Shown here one piece after another: positions 24,847-28,946 of a stretch of 28,946 nt of DNA (positions are counted from its first letter, which is position 1; each line of letters starts with the position of its first letter). Under the pieces are notes generated by a model. It searched no databases. It was not told the DNA's origin and saw only the letters and a list, made by a program, of their open reading frames with translations. The stretch comes from a virus (lineage: Duplodnaviria; Caudoviricetes): IMG/VR virus record IMGVR_UViG_3300025614_000204, positions 1 through 28,946 of that record; one strand, given 5' to 3'. Both the position numbers and the translations under genes were made by a program.

Positions 24847-26232
24847 TTACACCTTGAAGTCTTTAAATGCATTCTTTTTCTTAGACCCTTTTGATGAAGC
24901 AAACACACTTTCAGGTTCGTCTTTGGACGAATCGTTACCTAATATATCAGTTTGAGCATCCTGTTCAACATCATACCACTTCATCTTTGCTTTGTTGATA
25001 CCGATAACAAATCGTTTGTTTAGGTTCTCATCACCATACCTATTCTTCAATTGTTTGACCATTACTTGGTTTAATTCTTGTAATTCTTCAGTTTGAATCA
25101 ATGCAAGGAATAAGTCAGCAGTAGCAGGTAAACCAAATGATTCAGATGTATCTTCAAGACCCATATCAGATGACGAAAAACCTGTTCTATTAACTTGTGT
25201 TGCAGACCAAATAGGAACGTTATATTCTACAGCAAGACCACGTAACTCTTCGGCAATTGCTTTAACGTATGTATAACTGTTCACGTTTTGAGCACCACTA
25301 AGTCGTTGTGAAGCACAAATGTTTAGATAGTCAATGTAAATGATATCAGGAACGAAGTTCTTTTTCAATGCCAATTCTTTTAATAAGTGTCTGAAGTGCC
25401 CAGCATGAGCAGTTGATGTTGGGTATTCCTTAACAATCAACTTACCTTTAGTCTTCGATTGAATTTGTTCAATCTTCTTAGAATAACGTTCAAACGATAA
25501 GTCTTTCAAACTGTCGACTTCAACGTCCATTAAATTAGCATCGATTCTTTCAGCAATACGTTCCTCTGCCATTTCAGCAGTAATATATAAAACGTTATGA
25601 CCAGTAGTAAGATTCGCAGATGCCATGTGACACATACCAATTGTTTTACCAACACCAGTTCCTGCCATAAGAATATTTAAAGTTTTACGTGGAATGCCGC
25701 CTTTTGTAATTTTATTAAGATACTCAATATCAAAAGGAATACGTTCTTCTTTACGCTGGTAGAACTCATATCGCTCTTCAGCATTATCTAAGAAATCGTG
25801 TCCAATATGAGTATCAAATGAAACACCTAAAGCATCAGATAACAACTCAGTGATACCACCATTAGAAGATTCAGGGTCATCAATAATACCAATCGAATTC
25901 ATAATGGCATTATATACTGCCTTGTCTTTACAAAACTTCTCAGTCTCATCAACTAACCATTGGTCATTAGAATCTTCTTTTGCTAACGAATTGACAAGCA
26001 TAGACGATTCTTCATAGTCCGTAGAACTTAAATCTTCACGACCGTCAATAGCAAGGTCTAATGCTTCTTTGGTAGGAACGTTATTGTATTTTGCGTAGAA
26101 CTTTTGAATCTCATTAAATACAATTTTATCAGTATTTGACTGAAAATAATCATCCTTTAAGAATACAATTACACGTCTTGCATAGTCTTCATTATATATT
26201 AGATTCGATAGAATCGTGTTTTCGATACTCAA
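24847..26232 (-). CDS. 41: Replicative DNA helicase (T4 gp41, DnaB-like)
   Basis: AGTGVGKT, EMAEERIAERIDAN, KEYPT, IDYLNI, SATQVNR, SESFGLP, KQLKNRY. Confidence 0.96.
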   Translation of the reverse strand: MSIENTILSNLIYNEDYARRVIVFLKDDYFQSNTDKIVFNEIQKFYAKYNNVPTKEALDLAIDGREDLSSTDYEESSMLVNSLAKEDSNDQWLVDETEKFCKDKAVYNAIMNSIGIIDDPESSNGGITELLSDALGVSFDTHIGHDFLDNAEERYEFYQRKEERIPFDIEYLNKITKGGIPRKTLNILMAGTGVGKTIGMCHMASANLTTGHNVLYITAEMAEERIAERIDANLMDVEVDSLKDLSFERYSKKIEQIQSKTKGKLIVKEYPTSTAHAGHFRHLLKELALKKNFVPDIIYIDYLNICASQRLSGAQNVNSYTYVKAIAEELRGLAVEYNVPIWSATQVNRTGFSSSDMGLEDTSESFGLPATADLFLALIQTEELQELNQVMVKQLKNRYGDENLNKRFVIGINKAKMKWYDVEQDAQTDILGNDSSKDEPESVFASSKGSKKKNAFKDFKV

Positions 26233-26445
26233 TCATTTCCCCTTTTGCATTATTTCAAGCATATGTTCTGTAATCAGTTTAGATAGTATTTCTTGAACCT
26301 CAGTTTCATAAGGTTCGGAGGCAACATCCTCTTCTACAGCATTATAACTATATGATATTTCATTATCATTGAATTCTAAATCGAATACAGCAATGTCAGT
26401 TTCATCAGAAGTTTTTATGTAAAATATATCCTTATTCATCGTCAC
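26233..26445 (-). CDS. Small acidic protein in the syntenic position of T4 gp40
   Basis: Lies between uvsX and 41; identity rests on synteny only. Confidence 0.5.
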   Translation of the reverse strand: MTMNKDIFYIKTSDETDIAVFDLEFNDNEISYSYNAVEEDVASEPYETEVQEILSKLITEHMLEIMQKGK

Positions 26446-27469
26446 TTTCTATTAAAGAAGTTCTTCCGATAGCATATTTGTTAGTCATAAATGTTTTGAA
26501 TTCGTCATTGTTGATAATACTTTCCCAAAACTCTTTAGTGTGGGTATCTTTTTCTCGTACTTTCTTTTCGGAGACTTCACCTGTGGTAGTATCAATTTTA
26601 GAATACCATCCTAAACTAGGTTTAACAACGTGACCAGATTCAATCGCAACATCTAGTAGACCAGAATATTTCTTAATTCCACCTTCCCATGTTACTGATA
26701 CTGGAATCTTTGATTTTTCTTTTGTGAATCTAGATTTTTCAATATTGACAATAAAGTCGTATCCTTCAATTTCAGTACCTTTCTTATTCTGACGACGACC
26801 AATAACCCATACGTTGTCAGCAGAATACATCACACCAGTACCACCAGATACAACTGATTTAGAAAACATTTCTTGAGTTTGGTATGTGTGATTGATAGCA
26901 ATTAGAGGAATATCTTTAAGAGTCAAATATGGTGTAACCATTCTGAATAAAGATTTAAGTTGTTTAGCACGTGTCATATCAGCAACAGATTTGCCGTCTT
27001 TAGCGTCATCCATCTCTTTCTTAGACGCAAGATTACCAATAGAATCAATCATAATATAAACGTTATCTTTTACGTCCATATCTTCAAGTTGATTTACGAT
27101 GTCGAATTTAAGTTCTTCAATGTTTTTAATAGGAACGTGTAACACTCTATCAGTATCAATATCAAACGATTCAAAATATGATTGTGGTGTACCAAATTCT
27201 GAGTCATAAAACAATGCGATTGCTTCGGGATACTTGTCAAGGTATGCCTTCATCATTAATAAACCAAATGCAGTTTTAAAGTGTTTTGATGGACCTGCGA
27301 GAACAGTTAGTCCAGATGTGATACCACCATCCATTCTACCAGATAATGCAACGTTCACCATTGGAACGGAAGTCGGAATAACATCCTTTGCGTTGAATAA
27401 CGCAGACTTAGAAAGTTGCGTCGATTTGATTGTGCCTGATTTCTTCAGACGTGCCATTAAGTCACTCAT
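26432..27469 (-). CDS. uvsX: RecA-like recombinase UvsX
   Basis: GPSKHFKT, YDSEFG, DSIGNLASKKE, DMTRAK, SGGTG, EKSRF. Confidence 0.96.
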   Translation of the reverse strand: MSDLMARLKKSGTIKSTQLSKSALFNAKDVIPTSVPMVNVALSGRMDGGITSGLTVLAGPSKHFKTAFGLLMMKAYLDKYPEAIALFYDSEFGTPQSYFESFDIDTDRVLHVPIKNIEELKFDIVNQLEDMDVKDNVYIMIDSIGNLASKKEMDDAKDGKSVADMTRAKQLKSLFRMVTPYLTLKDIPLIAINHTYQTQEMFSKSVVSGGTGVMYSADNVWVIGRRQNKKGTEIEGYDFIVNIEKSRFTKEKSKIPVSVTWEGGIKKYSGLLDVAIESGHVVKPSLGWYSKIDTTTGEVSEKKVREKDTHTKEFWESIINNDEFKTFMTNKYAIGRTSLIESDDE

Positions 27470-27501
27470 AATATAATTCCTTTTTTATTCAATATACCTC
27501 T

Positions 27502-27531
27502 ATTATACCCTACAAACGGGCAAAAGTAAAG
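27502..27531 (-). promoter_or_regulatory. Sigma70-type phage early promoter upstream of uvsX
   Basis: CTTTACTTTTGCCCGTTTGTAGGGTATAAT. Confidence 0.85.
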
Positions 27532-27534
27532 TAT

Positions 27535-27981
27535 TTATCTACGAACAGGATTGTCGCGTAATTCTTGTAGATTGGAAGGTTTTCTTAAATTTGCCCAGCG
27601 GGTTAAATAAATAACAGGAAACTTAGGAAACAATTTCAAAAAATCTTTAGTATCAAATTGAAGGTCTGAAGCAATCTCTTTGTGATCAGAAGGGACAGAA
27701 GACAATCCATAAAATGCTCTAGACTCAATCAGAGCATTAATTCTATCTGATGTTGGTTGTATTCCGTTCAAAATCATAACTTCTGCTGCTATCTTTTCGT
27801 TCCAGATATCTCCAACAATGTAGCCATCAACATCAAGTTCGTATTCTCTGTCACTTTGAATATCTTCATACTTTTGACGGGCTGTCAGGTTCTTAATATT
27901 ATCTTGGAAGTTACCAACAAAAGAATTAAAATCATTTCCTTTACTTTCTTCTGCTACTGTATCTACATTAATCTTTGCCAT
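27535..27981 (-). CDS. dsrC: DsrC/TusE-like protein lacking cysteines, with N-terminal extension
   Basis: ELDVDGYI...WNEKIA...GI.....R.FY...LFP..P......ANLRKP aligns by eye with DsrC/TusE (LDxEGYL..WxxxVA..R.YY..LFPxGPAKQACxxAGLPKPTGCV). Confidence 0.7.
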   Translation of the reverse strand: MAKINVDTVAEESKGNDFNSFVGNFQDNIKNLTARQKYEDIQSDREYELDVDGYIVGDIWNEKIAAEVMILNGIQPTSDRINALIESRAFYGLSSVPSDHKEIASDLQFDTKDFLKLFPKFPVIYLTRWANLRKPSNLQELRDNPVRR

Positions 27982-27992
27982 ATGCTATCTCT

Positions 27993-28946
27993 CTAAAAGA
28001 ATGAATCTAGGGAACTTTTCTTTTCCCATTCCCAACCAATTGGTTGTAAAATGCCCTCTAGTGGGTTTAAATAAGTTTTCTGAAACTGTATATCATAATC
28101 AATTAAATTACTCATATCAAACTCTTTAGGCAACCCACCAACAAATGATATTACATTTTGATGATATTTATTTGGTAGTTTTAAATACGCAAACTTAACC
28201 TTAGTTCCAGCATCAATCTTCTCAATATTTTTCAAACCATGATTATCTAATAACTTATTAAATAATATAGAACCACGTACATGAATAGGGACACTCTTTT
28301 CTTGCGTCAAGTATTTCTTATATTCATTAAGTCCTCTAGGGAACGAAATATCCTCAATAGGGAGATTATTAAACTCTTCCCTATATTTAGTTACTAATTG
28401 CTGTAATTCTACTTCATTTCCTGTTAGAATGATTTTAACAGATTCTTTAAGTTTATCCCTAACGTTAGATGGTGTTGACGATTTCACAATCTCTAATCCC
28501 ATTACTTTCATTTTAGGTTCTGCGTATCTAACACCCTCATTATCATAAACATTCAAAGCATAACGTTTCTTAGCTGTCCATAGTCCAGTATCGGATATTG
28601 CCTCACGTCCCATCTGCATCTTCTGTTCATATGCATTAACATAGTCAGCAAGTTCTTCATACGACTTATCAATAAAAGGTTCAATTGCCTTTTGACTTAC
28701 TTTATCTAAGAAGTTTACAATATCCTCTTTAGATGGACTTTTACCTTTAAACGAACCTTCAACAATTTTATTAAGTCTTAGGTAAACAGAGTCGGTATCA
28801 ATTGCAACAACGTAGTCGTAATCCTCAGTCTTACAAATATCATTCAAATAAGCATTAAGTTTCTTTTCAATCCACTTAATTGCTAATTGACCGCCTGTTG
28901 TAATTGCTTCTGCATTACGTAAATCATAGTACCTGAAATATTGATT
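27993..28946 (-). CDS. 43: Family B DNA polymerase (T4 gp43), C-terminal part; 5' end outside window
   Basis: Frame open to window edge (NQYFRYYDLRNAEAITTGGQ...), DTDSVY, KKRYALNV, GLEIVKSSTP, C-terminal clamp-binding SLDSFF. Confidence 0.96.
   Translation of the reverse strand, partial: NQYFRYYDLRNAEAITTGGQLAIKWIEKKLNAYLNDICKTEDYDYVVAIDTDSVYLRLNKIVEGSFKGKSPSKEDIVNFLDKVSQKAIEPFIDKSYEELADYVNAYEQKMQMGREAISDTGLWTAKKRYALNVYDNEGVRYAEPKMKVMGLEIVKSSTPSNVRDKLKESVKIILTGNEVELQQLVTKYREEFNNLPIEDISFPRGLNEYKKYLTQEKSVPIHVRGSILFNKLLDNHGLKNIEKIDAGTKVKFAYLKLPNKYHQNVISFVGGLPKEFDMSNLIDYDIQFQKTYLNPLEGILQPIGWEWEKKSSLDSFF

Noticed and set aside
1841-27996. All plus-strand ORFs in the track (e.g. 8867-9553, 19211-19987)
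   Set aside because: Antisense shadows of well-supported minus-strand genes; no motifs or independent promoters seen.
1-28946. Stop-codon reassignment, tRNA or rRNA genes, intrinsic terminators
   Set aside because: Core genes are full length in the standard code with TAA, TGA and TAG all used as stops; intergenic gaps are short and I saw no cloverleaf or convincing GC hairpin plus U-tract.

Overview
AT-rich segment of a large T4-like (myovirus-type) dsDNA phage genome; every credible gene is on the minus strand. In transcription order (right to left): end of DNA polymerase gp43, a cysteine-less DsrC/TusE-like gene, uvsX, a possible gp40, helicase gp41, then a ~9 kb accessory block, primase gp61, small Zn-ribbon and rhodanese genes, a RuvC-like resolvase, a 1655-aa Cys/Trp-rich fibre-like protein, topoisomerase II (fused gp39+60, gp52), rnh, ligase gp30, purM and a truncated porin-like gene. 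DsrC-like, rhodanese and porin-like genes suggest a marine sulfur-oxidising gammaproteobacterial host (SUP05/Thioglobaceae-like; inference). Two things stand out. (1) The 1655-aa protein appears nested like a Russian doll: about 30 Cys-pair half-repeats are mirrored in reverse order by about 30 Trp/Phe half-repeats, all inserted in a split FN3 domain, with a PA14 lectin domain inside one module. (2) A late-promoter block encodes seven proteins with T4 internal-protein-like N-terminal tags (MK(T/S)F..hxE). It includes a 779-aa polyprotein cut up by eight ESVELDE linkers, plus ligase-like, HxGH nucleotidyltransferase/RegB-like, kinase and HNH enzymes, suggesting a packaged, protease-matured cargo kit. 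All family calls are by-eye motif recognition; no searches were run.
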